From Bigelowiella natans CCMP2755 (taxonomy: Eukaryota; Protista; Cercozoa), in assembly GCA_000320545.1 (NCBI GenBank), contig ADNK01002286.1:62001-126000 (forward strand): DNA of 64,000 bases. The letters run 5' to 3'. Below, one piece after another: positions 13,001 through 27,078 of the stretch. Below the pieces are notes generated by a model. The model did no database searches and was not told where the DNA came from. It saw only the letters and a list, made by a program, of their open reading frames with translations. The translations under genes were made by a program, and so were the position numbers. The stretch's first letter is position 1. Every line of letters starts with the position of its first letter.

Positions 13001-15593
13001 ATGCGCAATAGAGCAACCGAAGGAGGCTACTACACATTCGATATGTTCCCGGCAAAAACCTGCAAGTTTATTTTTGAGAAGATCATCATCCGCTACCTAC
13101 AGCCTACACAGCTAGGCCACCGCGGCTACTCGTGTTTCGAGCGGTATTTTATTCAGATAAACCTGAGCGAAGGCAGGTTAGTAGAAGAACCAGGCAGGGG
13201 GCGATGGGCTGTTCGCAGCATTCCGCTGATAGGTATCGAGCTCCTTTGGAAGATAGCGCTGGAGGTCCCTGAAACGTCCAATCAGAGGGTGCTGAGTGCT
13301 TCGATGACGTTGTTGAACCAGGTGTACCAGTACCTGGACCCCTCCCTCCCCTTTGCCACCCTGCACAAAATACGCATCGAGTATATCGGCAAGTGCATGG
13401 ACCACTTGAACGAGGCCTTGGAGAGCGGCAACAGAGCCCTCTCCCTGCGGTGTATCACCCTTCTCAACCACATCCTCGACACCTCGGAGGCCAACGGCCT
13501 GGACTATTCCGAGCACAAAGGAGGAGCTGCCATGGCAGCAGCACCCCACGGAGCTAAACTACGTGGGAAATCTGTAGGAATTGTCTTGTACAGCACCTGC
13601 GAATCACATACCCAAATCGGGGACGGAGGCGGGTTCAACAATACAGGAGGAGGAGGGGGAGGAGGAGGAGGCTTCAGAGTTAAGATGAGGGTGAGACGTG
13701 CTCATGAGAATAACACAATCTGGCAGCTTCGGAAGGAAATTGCGCGAGCGATGCACATTGAGGTGACCAAGGACGTCGAGATAAAGGACGGCAGGGGGGG
13801 GGAGTTGATCCCGAACCTGTTCAATTCAAGGCTTCTGGGGCAGCAATTGAGGCTCCTCCTCAACAAACCTACAGTAGTACTCGATGTGAGCAGAATAAGA
13901 CGGAACGATGATCGAGGAGGAGGAGGAGGAGGAGGAGGAGGAGGAAGGGGGGGGGGAGGTTTACGTGTAAGGCTCTTGAACCCCCATAACCACCATGAAA
14001 TGGTCCCTAGGCTCAAGCAAGCTATCACCGAGATCTTCCACCGCTACGCGCACGCGAGGGGTGGGGAAGCGATGGGGTTTGAAGACCTCTATCGATACAT
14101 GCATGTGTGTGGCGTGGATAAGAGCGAGCAGCAGGGAGAGATCACTGAGATCCTGGACCATCGCGGCGACGGCGAATTCGTACATTTGGATGGGTTTTTG
14201 CAGTTCTACCGCCATGCGTGCTTCGACCGCCCTCAGGCCGTCTGGGAGGACTTGGAGGCTCACGGCTACGGGCCCGATCTGAGGAGAATACTGGATGCAG
14301 AGGAGGAGGAAAAGATGCGGAAAAACAACGGGAAGTACAAGGTATCGCTACTACCTCGCTCCCTCATTTCAAGGGATGCTCTATGGTTCAAGTCGTTGTT
14401 CAGCTCACTGGAAACCGGTGCCGATATCAGCCCAGAGATACCCTGGGCGGCCTGGAATTTGTTAATGCGACTCCCTACAAACCCAGCGATCTTCGACGAA
14501 CTGAAAAGCCTTCGCAGCGTACACACCCCCACGCCGGAATGGGCCCCCTTAATCCCGGTTGTGACGACGTTCAGTTTGATGTACCATCTACAGGTGGTAG
14601 AGTTTCTCATGGCGCCCAAGCACGTATTAGCTCATGGAGGCCCCAAATCCTCCGAGCTCTCAGTTGAGAGGGTTGTAGCGGAAAGTAAGAAGAGTAAGAA
14701 GAAGCCACAGCAACAACACTCATCGCAGGGACGCAAACGCCGTGTGAACAGCAACCCTTTTGCGGAGGATCTTAGAGACGAGAAGGCAGCCCCCAGTCAA
14801 ATAAAGGAAAACCAGAAACTGGCATCACAGAAGATGGACCATCTGAAACAACAGCAGCAAGTAGGAATGAGGGCAAATTCCGAGATAAGGGACAAAACCA
14901 CCAACAAAGACATTCCTAGCTTTCCCCCTCCTCAGCATCCCCGCACGTCATCCTCGGAAAAGGCCAGCAGGGGTGGGAGCGATGCACAGGGGAGAGGTAC
15001 CGAGCAGAAGAAAGATAGGGCCGTGGAGTGGCGAAAGCGGTTCTTTCTGTGCGGGGGCTACCAGTACTTATACAAAGTGCTCATAGAAGTCTCCAAATTT
15101 ACTCAACGTTCGAATGGCCGAGATGGCAGTGCGCGCTTCAGAGCAGATGACGAATCATTCGGGGCAATGTACCAACTTCTTCTCAAGATCTTCCTTTCCT
15201 TCACACTGGACGCCGCATTGCAAGGGCAGAGAGGCGATAGTAGTAATAGCAGCATATTATCCGACTCCACAATCTCTGCACTCGCTCAGAACATCAACGC
15301 ACTCATTGAAAGAAGGCTCCCAACGACGACTGTCAGTACTAGCAATAGTAATGCTAAGAGAAGAAGTGACAAAGGGGGGGGGGCAGCACCTTCTCCTCCT
15401 CCTCCTCCTCCTCCTCCTCCTCCTCCTCCTCCCTCCAACACTACGACGGTCCCTACCGGCAGCATCACTCTAAGCAACAGCAATCCTTTCAAAAACAGCA
15501 ACATGAATGACGTGAAGGAGTATGGGGGAAGAATAGCTGGGGTAGGAGCGCCCTTTGGAAATAGTACCAATATGATGCCTCCTCCTCCTACTA

Positions 15594-15627
<34 letters not shown>

Positions 15628-16505
15628 GGCTGCTACTGCTGGAAGTGGCAGCAACAAGAAGAAGCGTCCCACTCGGCAGCCCTCTGGACCGTTGAGGGGG
15701 GGAGCACGCCGCAATCGAAATGACAGCTTCAAGGAAAGGTTATCAGTGTGCTGCTTTCCCCCCCCTCCATCCGTACTTGATGGCGAAGGCGCAAAATCAT
15801 CAACGTGTTCTTATCATTTTGAGAGTGTACTGTGTTATATTAATTAGCTGTTGATACATGAGATCATTGTCCCTCTTGCTTCTTCTTCTTCTTCGTTGTT
15901 TTTCAATTCCTCTTCCTCCCCCTCCTCAAACTGCACGCGTCTCCCTAATGAAAGTGCTACTCACTACTCCTCCTCCTCCTCCTCTTCCTCCTCCTCCTCC
16001 TCATCTCAATACCATCTCTTCGCAGATATATGATGATTGATGGAAAGACTGACACTGCTGGCACGGCCAGAATCGGGGAATTGCCGGAGAAAGGAGGGGG
16101 GGGGATTGCATTTGGTCTGGGTGGGTTACCCTCCCTCCCCCCTATCCTCGCACGACAGTTGAGCGATTCCTTTGCCACGAAGATCCTCAATGATGTCGAA
16201 TGGGATGCGGTTATTTCCTACCTTCTCATGCGTATGCTTGACTTTGTGTCGTCTCTCGCCAAGAGCCAGGGCCAGGGGGGTGGCGAGGAGGAGGAGGAGG
16301 ACGAAGAGGAGGAGAGAAATAAGGAGATGAAGGATAGCAGATCTAAGCGAAGGAAAACGGACAGAAAGTATTCCTCCGCGACATCATCGTCGTCATCATC
16401 AACTATGCACCAGCAAAACATGGCTCCTCCTTTATCCGAAAAGCAACAGAACGTCGAGAGGGTGGTAGAGACCGGAGTCACGCTATGGTACCTATTCTGT
16501 CTGTC

Positions 16506-16543
<38 letters not shown>

Positions 16544-19506
16544 AAGATTTAATGCTTACGCGTATCTACCAATGCACACACATGTATCGAGAATATATAC
16601 GAAACACTACTATTATTATTTGTAGTAGTAGAAGGTTACCAGTGCTACCTCCAACCCCCTCTTCCTTGCCTTCCTGCCTATTTTTTGAGCTATTACATCT
16701 TAAATCATCAATAACGAGAGATCGTCACACAATAGGGCCGTCTGCGTGCTAATCGACCCTCGCAGCTGTTTGCCACGGCTGTACGATTTACTCAAGAAAC
16801 ACAGCAAAGATTTCCTTGCCTTCTTCCTCAACAACCCAGCTTCACAACGGATACGAGCGTAAGCTACATCATGATGAGCTTTTTACTTATGATAATATTG
16901 ATGATAACATTGATGATATGGATTGTAAGGATGATAAATGGAGAGGTTTCATTGTCTGCATGTATAAGTCTTTCTAACCCCCTCCCCCCCCTTCAATATT
17001 ATGATATTCATAGATTCAGTGCCGGTGCAATACTGGCCATCAGTCGATTGGCCTTGGAAAACCAGCATGTTTCTGGGATAATCGCCGATGCCAATCTGCA
17101 GCCGCCGTATGTATTCTTTGCAGAATGGTAGTACTACTAGTAGTAGTAGTAGTAGCAGTAGTAGCAGTAGTAGTAGTAGCAGTAGTAACAGTAGTAGTAG
17201 TAGTAGTAGTAGTAGTACGGGTGATATCGAAGTAATCAACACCAAACACGCAATCACCATGTTTATCAGAGGGGTTATGTGAGTGAGAACGCGGCGAGAG
17301 AGAGGGGGGATGGAGGAAAGCGAAATAGTATCTGGATTTTTCAGCTTTTGCCGCGGCTGGGGTTATTATTTAAGCTATTTGATACGCAGTTGATTTCTTC
17401 TTCTACTACCATAGGCTGCGCGATGAAATATACGGTGAAAATGGTGGAAAGGAAGCTGATAACGATGAGGATGATGAGAAGAAGAAGGAGAAGTTATCAT
17501 CGACGCCATCAAGGATATTCTTCTCGGAACAGTTTCTCCTCCTCTCCGCCATCCTTTCCCTCACACCCCCGATAAGCGTCGATGGTGATTCTCATGGTGC
17601 TCCTGATGGGGGTTCAGTAGCAGCCGATGTGGGTAGAAGTGGTACTACTCGCCAAGGCGACACGAGTTGTTTGAAGCTTGCACAGGAGATGATACCTCTT
17701 CTCATCAACTCATTAAGGCGACACCCTTCGCAAGAAATTCCTACGAATTTAGCTAAGATAGATCGGAAGCTGTCCGGTACCCTGATGATTCTCACACGCC
17801 TACTCTCCCGTGACGACATGCAGCCCATGAAGCAGAGCTGCGCTCGCGAGGCGTTTTGTAGTGAGCTGTTCACGAAGTTTCTCTTCAACAATAACGGAGT
17901 TGTCCATACAACGATGGATAAAGGAACTGGGGGAGGAGGAGGAGATGTGCGGGGAAAGAAGCAGCAGCAGCAGGAGGAGAAGCAGAAGGCAGTACACGAG
18001 GAAGAAAAGGAACAGGAGGAAGGACAATTGAAGGAGAAGATCGAGGGGGAGGAGAGAAAGGAGGAGAAGGAGGGGGGGGAGGTAGAGGGTTTTTCTACGG
18101 GAGAAGATGACTCTCCAATTACTGTCGCTGCGAAGTGTCGATCGACAGAATCCAGAAAGGCGTGCTTCGATCTCCTTGTCGAACTGGCCAAAAACTGTCC
18201 AAAGAACTTCGAGGCTGTCGTCCGGTTTCTCGTCGAACAGCACAGGGCGATCAAGCCTCTGGCTGGTTGGGAAAACGATATTGCACAGATTCGCATCTCG
18301 GAGCAGCGTTTTGTTGGGCTAAAGAACATGGGGGCAACATGCTACATGAATTCCATCCTCCAGCAACTGTACATGACGCCGCGGCTACGATATGGACTGC
18401 TCAAGGCGCGTATGATGCCGAATAAGGAGGAGGAGAAAAAGACAATGGCTACCACCACCACGAGTGCCTCAGCTGGCAGACCTCCCCTCCTTCCTACTCT
18501 GAACCCTATACTGAATCCTTCCATTTCTATGCCGTTCCCGTCGTGTTCTTCGGCAACATCATCTAATGAACTCATGACGATGATGACGACGATGACGACG
18601 ACACCTAAAAAGAAACCAGAGCTAAACCACTCGGTCTCACTCCCTAGCCCTCCTTCTTCATCGGCTAATAAACAGCAGCATAAGGTTCCGTCAGGTGCCT
18701 TCCTCCAGCAGCTGCAGCTCATGTTTGGATTTCTCACCAAATCCGAGCGACACACGTTCGATATGAAGAACTTCTGTTTCGTTTACCAGGACCCCGAGGG
18801 GAAACGTATCAACCACCACCACCAGTGTGACGCCCAGGAATTCCTAAGTCACTTCCTGGGTTTGCTCGAGAAGAAGCTTGAGAAGACAGCACAGAGGCAC
18901 CTCGTCAAAGCCAGCCTGATGGGCACGTTCTGCGACCACAAACTGTCGTTGGAGAAGGACGATGGGCACGTGATGAGCGAGAAGATAGAGGAGTTTTTCA
19001 CCATCTCCTTGCAGGTGCAGGGCCTTACCTCTCTCCAGCAAAGCCTTCAGAACTTCGTCATGGGGGAGGTGGTGCCGGAGCTGCGCCCACCTTGTCGCAA
19101 GGCGATGTGCCTCGGCCACCTGCCGAACACACTCATCTTTCACCTGAACCGATTCACCATCAACATGCGTACCTTCCGCCATAAAAAGCTGTACCATCGC
19201 TTCGAGTTCCCTCTTAGTTTGGACCTCTTTCCCTACACGAGGGAGGGCCTTGGTCGCACCATGGTGAGGAGTGGTGCGAACTCTACCGCCGCGAAAGACG
19301 GCGAAAAGAAAATTAAAGAACATCACAACGACGGGAGCCCCATCCCGCATGAAGCGCCCTTTGAGAGGTTGGGAGAGGAAGCAAAGCAGCTGTCTCGTGA
19401 TCGCTACTTATATCATCTAGTTGGTGTAGTTGTGCATAAGGGCGACGCAGAGCAAGGACATTACTACTCTTTGATTCAGCCTCGCACGGAGCGTGATGGC
19501 ACTCCG

Positions 19507-19541
<35 letters not shown>

Positions 19542-20684
19542 CTTTCCCAACACCACCAACAACAACAGCAGCGGTAATAAAAGTAATAGTAGCAGTTCCA
19601 CGATGAACAGTAATAGCAGGAGGCGGCGGCGGGATTGGAGAAAAGGAAGGAGTAAATGGGTCAAGTTCGACGACTCTCGCACACAGTCCTTCGATGAGAA
19701 GATGCTAGAGAAGGAGTGCTTTGGAGAGGGCCACCCAGGAGTGGAAAATAATACTAATGATGCCTTTCAGTGGGGAGGGACAGGGGTCAGCTGGGAAGAT
19801 CAGCAGCAGCAGCAGCAGCAGAATGTATTCGGTATGCTTGATCCTCCTGCGGCCAAAGTTCCTACGGCATACATGCTAGTGTATGAACGCGATGTGCCTC
19901 TCACCGATGTAGAACTCGCACGTCAAGTTAGGTCGATGAAGAAGAAAAAATCTGGGAAGCAGCAACCCGATCCTGCTTCTCAAGCGTCGTCGGCGAGGAA
20001 TCAGAAATCCAGCGGAATAGATGCTAAAAAGAGTGCCAGTTTGAAGAAGACTAGTGAAGATATCGTTGCTGGAGGTGGTGAGAAGGAAGAAAAGGAAGAC
20101 GAAGACGACGATTCGTTGCTATGCGGAGGAGTGCCAAGCTCTGTGTTTAATACCCCTCTATCGTCGTATATTCCTAAGGTACTATCACTACTACTAGTAG
20201 TAGTAGTAGTAGTAGTAGTAGTAATTATACTCTTCATGTAAGAATCATTAGTAGTAGATGTTGTTGTTGTTGTTGCTGCTGCTGTTTCTCTGTGTTGATG
20301 TGAGAACTAGCATCGCTTGTAATTTGTGATGTAGTCATCTACTTCCCTTGCACTAGGTATCCTAAGCAATCATGATCCTTTTTGAGGATGGGAATGACGC
20401 TTTGTGCTGCTGCTGTTGCTGTTGCTGCTGTTGTAGGGCATCGCGTCAACAATTGAACGTGACAACTGGAGCTTGTTCGCGGATATGCAGCTATTCGATC
20501 CGGAGTATTATCTGTTTTCCAGCAGGATATTCTCCCTTTTAAAGGGCGGTGGTGACTCCAAGCAGCAGTCCGCTGTTGACAGAAAAACGTACGATATTTT
20601 CCCTTCCTGTTTCCTCTTCCTCGCCAGATATAAAGCTGAGAGTTGTCGCACTTAGATGGAAAATAGTAGTGTTTTTTGCAGCAG

Positions 20685-20718
<34 letters not shown>

Positions 20719-21662
20719 TATCATCCTCATCATCATCTCCGCTGCCCTCCTTGTCTTTATTATCAGATATATAAGTTTCGTAGCGTCCAATTTTTCTTTC
20801 ATGCTGAACGTAATCGCACGGTCAAGCCACAAAACCGTCTTTGCGCCGATGGCGTCACAGCTTCTTTCGCTGCTAAAACATGACCCGGAATTATGCGAGG
20901 AAGCTGTCCTAAAACCGCTGGCAAGCAACCCCCGTTTGGTCGTCGATTTCGCGCTCATGTGCAGGGAAAGGAGTGTACAGGTCCGTGTGTGCGGCGGCGG
21001 TGATGTGATGTGATGTGTTAGTTATGATGCCGATGTCGTGTGTTAGTCGCCATGGCTACGATGAGAAAAAGAGATATGATGACACATATTTGTTGGCGCT
21101 CTCGCTCACCATTGCGTTTATTGCTTAGAAAAACTTCTTAACAATCGTCGGGAGGGCAATGGTTGTAAGTGCCAAAAAGGAGCTCAGGCGGGTCGAGGCT
21201 GAGGCCATGCGTGCTGTGGAGAAAGATGTGACGAACACATCGGTGAAAGATGCGCCTACTTGCGTCAAGATGTTGCACGTGCTAGTGGCCTTGTTCAAAG
21301 ATGTCAGATCAAACTGGGTAGTAGCAGTAGTTTACCATTATCATTGATGATGGCATTAGCAATCATATATTGCTGTTGTTGTTGTTGTTGTATCACCGCC
21401 TCCTTCATAATTGGGGCTATTTCGTGGTGGTGGTGGTGGTTATCAGCTGGTGACAACATGCATGTAGATTCAGAAGTGATTCTTCCTAGCCCCCCCTTTT
21501 TCTTCCACTCCTTCCCTATTTTAAGTGGTGTGTGTGTGTGTGTGTGTGTATGTGTGTACTCATCTGCTCTTATTAGGTTCGTATGCGCGAGTTCTTCGCA
21601 ATGTTGCTTGGATTGGTCACCGAGGTAATGTCGATGATGACGTTGTCGTTGTTGGCGTTGAA

Positions 21663-21698
<36 letters not shown>

Positions 21699-21838
21699 AC
21701 TGTTATGATGATAATAATCGCTCACTTTTCACACGACATAATCACAAACATTTATATTATCACCCTCATTATTATCATCATGGCCCCAGTCTCATTATTG
21801 CTTCCATACCTTCTACTACTACTACTACTACTACTACA

Positions 21839-21871
<33 letters not shown>

Positions 21872-22207
21872 GCAGGTTCCGGTACTTAAATACCTCCTCA
21901 TAACATCGCCATTCTCACAAGCGAAAGTGCTGCCTGATCTCATTTCCCTCTGCACTCACGAGTAGGATCAACTAATGAGCAGTAGTAGTAGTAGTAGTAG
22001 TAGCAGCAGCAGCAGGAGTAGTAGTAGTAAAGTGATGATAATGGTGGCGACGACGATGAAGTGCATGATAGGCATTGTTTGATTGATAGAGTTTCTTGTT
22101 GCCGACCATGATTACATTACCACCCCTCTGCATGATGCATCCATCACCTATTATGCTCTCGCTGATAATAATAATAGTAACATGAGAACAATGATGTACT
22201 ACTACTA

Positions 22208-22239
<32 letters not shown>

Positions 22240-22684
22240 CAATAACAAAGATTTCCCAAAGTCGCCAGCCGAGCCCACGAGACGCAGACGCGCCTACTCA
22301 GACTCCTCCCCCTCCTCGCATCCCTGATCCAATGCTGCACAACCCCAGCTGATGAAGAATACATGATGATGATGATGCCGGCTTCTACCTCTTCTTCTGC
22401 AGCTGCTGCTGGTGCTGGTGGTGGAGGTGGTAAAATCATACCTCAAGTAAGGTTTCGTCGTGCTGGATTAAGAGAGGTAACTATGTATGGATGTATGCAT
22501 GGATCTATTATGATGATGATGATGATGATGATGACGACCTGAGAGGGGAGAAGGGGCTGAGAGCAAGGGCGAGTTTATACTAACTATTTCTTTGGCTGGT
22601 AGTTACTACTCGTATAAATACATTCGTCCTGTCGAAGTAGCAATAGTAAAATAAGTACAACAAGTCGTCCCCTTCGTTCTCTCA

Positions 22685-22726
<42 letters not shown>

Positions 22727-23674
22727 GCTATTCTTTTTCTTCGTCGTCGTCTTCTTTCCTTCATTGGTATAACATTTCCCTTCTTCCTACGACGTTACTG
22801 ATAATACTGCTGCAGGACCTTCTATGCTCACAAGACCTGATTATGTGCTACAAACACGACTCGAAGGCTATCTCCGACATTTTATGTCATTGGGCATATG
22901 AGAACAAGTCGTATCAGATAATAGATCAGCTAGTAGACGCTGTTGATAGAAGTAAGTACTACTGTACTTAACATAAACTATTTGTGCATATATGATGGGA
23001 CAACGACCCCACGTAAATGATTGTGGTCGTGTTATTCCAGCATGCGACAATGTGAGGGTATATATATTGATGTAGCAAATGCAATCTCGTCATGGGTTAT
23101 CATCCAATATTTCCAATGCTTCTAAGATTTGTTGGTGAAGTAATCAATATACCACTAAGTCCCCCCGTGATTTGCTGATAGCCAACGAAAGGATAACCAA
23201 TGGAATCATGTATACCTATCAACACAGGCACATCCCGCAGCCTCCCAGCGCTATTCGCTGTGATACAGGACTTGTTGTGCATCGAAGACACGTATCAAAA
23301 TATGAGAATCAACAGCTTCATTGGTACTACGAGCAGTATATATGCCTTTGATGGAAGAGGATATGTAGTTAGTAGTTAACGAAGAGTGCTTCGGTGCTTG
23401 ATTCCAAGGGGGCCCTCATCACCAGCACCATCATCATGAACATCCTCCTCATCATCACCACCAAAATGATCGTCTGGCCTTGTTCTCAGGTTCGGATGGG
23501 GACGGCATTATGCACGTGATTGGGAAGAATGCGGCGAACAAAGGCTATATTGCGACGATAGTGCGCCATGTTATTCTTATGGGTATAGAGATTAACGAAT
23601 TGGGTAGGGCCATGATACAGGTAGCAACACCACAACGACGACGAACTACAGGAGGAAGGAGGGGGGAGGAGGAG

Positions 23675-23711
<37 letters not shown>

Positions 23712-24337
23712 GTATGTGGCATGAGTGCTTCTTGAGGCTGGGGGAGAAGGGGAAGAAAGGATTGCAGTAGCAGCCAGTAGAAACATGAGAGAACACGCAC
23801 AGATACTCGCAAAAACGTTTATGTGTACTGCATTGTGGCTACTTGGATGATGCTATCCTCCCCTTTCATCATCATCATCATCATCATCGTCTTCGTCGTC
23901 ACCTAGATTTCTGCTTTTATCTCGCATAAAAATAGGATTCCTGTTTTTCAACATCGATGATACAATGGCTGAAGTACAATCTGGAGAATGCTGAATTGAT
24001 TGGATATTACGAGAGACTTGCACAAGACACGGTGCAGCCTTGCGAAGATGGCTCAGGTAGGAAATGCCAGCAGTGGTATTAGTGGTAGTAGTAGTTGTAG
24101 TAGTAGATTATAAGATGTTAATTGTTGATGTATATTAGTGGTACGATAGAAATCTTGGAGACTTTGTAACGACACAGCAAGAATATTAATCATCATCAAC
24201 AACAAAAACAACAAAAACAACATTTCTAGGCCGCACAAGTGTGGAACTGCCGTGCTTGTACGTTTGAGAATGTGCCCGTGGATGCATCATGCTCCATGTG
24301 CGGACAACCCAGATTTATCGAGGGCCAGGAGGTGCTG

Positions 24338-24377
<40 letters not shown>

Positions 24378-25043
24378 CGTGTGTAAGTAGTGTTTAGATT
24401 TATCATCCTGCTCAGCATTCGATGTATATTTTAATGGGAATTTTAGAGGGTGTTCTCTATAGGTTATCCTCCCCCGCCCTCCTCCTCCTCCTCCTCCTCC
24501 TCCTCCTCCTTCTAGTCCGTATTGATGCTGTGGGTTGGGAAATTGTTATAATCATCATCATCATTCGCTCTATGTTAACAATCATTATTATCATAGTAAT
24601 AACAATCATCATTATCATCATCATCATCATCATCAGGTCCAAGCATGGCATGAAGGACTCCGAGACTGGTTGGACGCCATCGTGGTTGAAAGGAACATCA
24701 TAAAACCTAACTTCTACGATATTCGCTGGAGGAGTGATGCGTCTGGGTAATCGCCGATCTGTGACCTATATATTGTCTCTTACAAAGGATTGGAGGACAT
24801 TTCTTCACAATAGTAGTAGTAGTAGTAGTAGTAGTAGTAACAACAATAATATAAAACTCTTTCTTTGAATAGATGACACACGATGTTAGACAAGGAGACA
24901 TCATATGTTCTGAGATTCTGTAGAGAAGAGAGGCGTGCTTTAAACATTTTCTCGGGTTGGAAAAGATAGGCTATTTTTTATCCATCAGCACGAGGCAGAA
25001 TCGATGATTTCTCTCCTGTGAAGATTCGTGCCCTGCGTCCTTA

Positions 25044-25086
<43 letters not shown>

Positions 25087-26842
25087 TTATAATTGTTATG
25101 TGTGCATATTGCTGAATACAGGTCCGTCAAAAATGAAATCCTTGTCCACTATCGAAATCTGAGAGAGAAGAAGATGAATACGGCAATGACGTCCACCACG
25201 CAAAGCCAACACTTCTTAGAGGAAGATAGCCAACTTCATTATCAGCAGCGGCGGCGGCGGGAAGATCTTCTCCATGAAGCTGACACGGAGTCCGATAATG
25301 ATACTAATGAAGCCGAGGGGGGGGGGGACAACTCACCATCCCAAACTACATTAGCTGCTGCTGCTAGTGCTAGCAAAGGAGGCCATAGTGACGACGTTGG
25401 CAGCGATCGACATCTACCTCAGCAGCAACACCATCAGAATGCTGCCTCTCGCCTCCTAGTTGATGACAATGCTGATGATGACTACTGCTATGACGACGAC
25501 GATGACGACAATGCTGCTGAGGGCAATATGAAAGGAGAGGGGGGAAGGGGAGGAGGAGGAGGAGGAGGCGCTGTGAGTAGGAATTCACCGTCTTCTAGGA
25601 GTAGCAGAACGACGATAACAGCAACATCCACAACAAAGCATGAGAAGATGGCAGAGCCATTGCAATCCTCAACGTCAGCAGTAGCTACTACTACTACTGC
25701 AAAAACCACCCTATCATCATCATCACCATCATCCTCGTCTCCTGCAGCATCGTTCGCCCCTCTAAGAGCATCACCAGCGATGGAGAGGGGAGGGGGAAGG
25801 GCGGGTACTCCTTCTACTCGGAAGGAGAATAAAGAGTTGAAATGGGTAGAGGAAGAGGAGGTCATGCTATGGCATAAGGTAGTAGCAGTAGCAGTTCTTG
25901 CCGTTGCTGTTGTTGTTGTTGTTGTTAGATGTGCGAGGCGCTGCTACTTTAGTAGCGTTGATTAACGAATAGGATGACTAAGACGTAAGAAATGATGAGT
26001 CGGTGTTTCTGTAGATAGTGCTGCTGCTGCATCGATTGAAACTAAAAATAAAAAAGAGATCCAGACTGCACTAGTATCGATGATATCTAATACTACTACT
26101 GATTGAGGCATATGCACAACTAATGGTTGGGGCATAAAATGGATGTAGAATAGATAGTGAAAGACAAAATGAAAGACAACAACTATCTGATTTATCAACT
26201 CCAAACAGAGCAGCACTTCTACATTGAGAAACACCTCTCGAAACGCTTGCAATGCTATGCCATAATATAGTGTTGATGTCCTTTGCTCTGCCTCTCCCTC
26301 ATCGTCTGTGCTAACTATCTGCCCCCACCCAAAAACTGTAGGATGTCGGGAGGTGGGTAGAGGCCCACATCACAATGGTCAACATTAAGGGACTTGTGCT
26401 GCTTGAATTTGACGAAGAAGTGTATGCAAGGTTTCACTGCTGCTGCTACTACTACAACAACTACTACTTGTGTCTATGCTTTATATATCATGTATGTAGG
26501 GTTATTATCATCATTATGGCCGTTGTTGTTATCATCACCACCATCATTATTATCGTTTTGTCGTTCGTCAAGACTGCAATGTATATTGGCGGCTTACTCA
26601 CTCTTTGCTCTGCTGCAACCATCGTCTTTCTTGCTCACGAGTAGTGATGGCGTGAAGCTCACATCAGTGTGGGAGGAGAGGGGGTCTCCCAACGTTATCT
26701 CCAGGGGAAGTTTATTATCGTCGTCATCACCATCATCATCATCATTATCATCATCATTACAACCTCCGAGACGAGGAATGGACAGTAAGAATGCTGCAAG
26801 AAGGAGGTTGGCCGAGAAGTTATAATAACAATTATGATGATA

Positions 26843-26883
<41 letters not shown>

Positions 26884-27045
26884 GAGGATGGCACTGCTTG
26901 TGAAAGTTGAAACGATGCAGTGGGAAATGAGGAGAAGAGGAGGAAGAAGAAAAAGAAAAAGAAGAAGAAGAATGTGTGCGCATGTAGTGGTTCTATGGAT
27001 CAGTGAGAATCATCGATTAGGCTGTGTCCAGATATCCTAATATTA

Positions 27046-27078
<33 letters not shown>

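Noticed and set aside
11030-19682. Many antisense and alternate-frame ORFs over the USP exons
   Set aside because: Shadows of long coding exons with no independent motifs.
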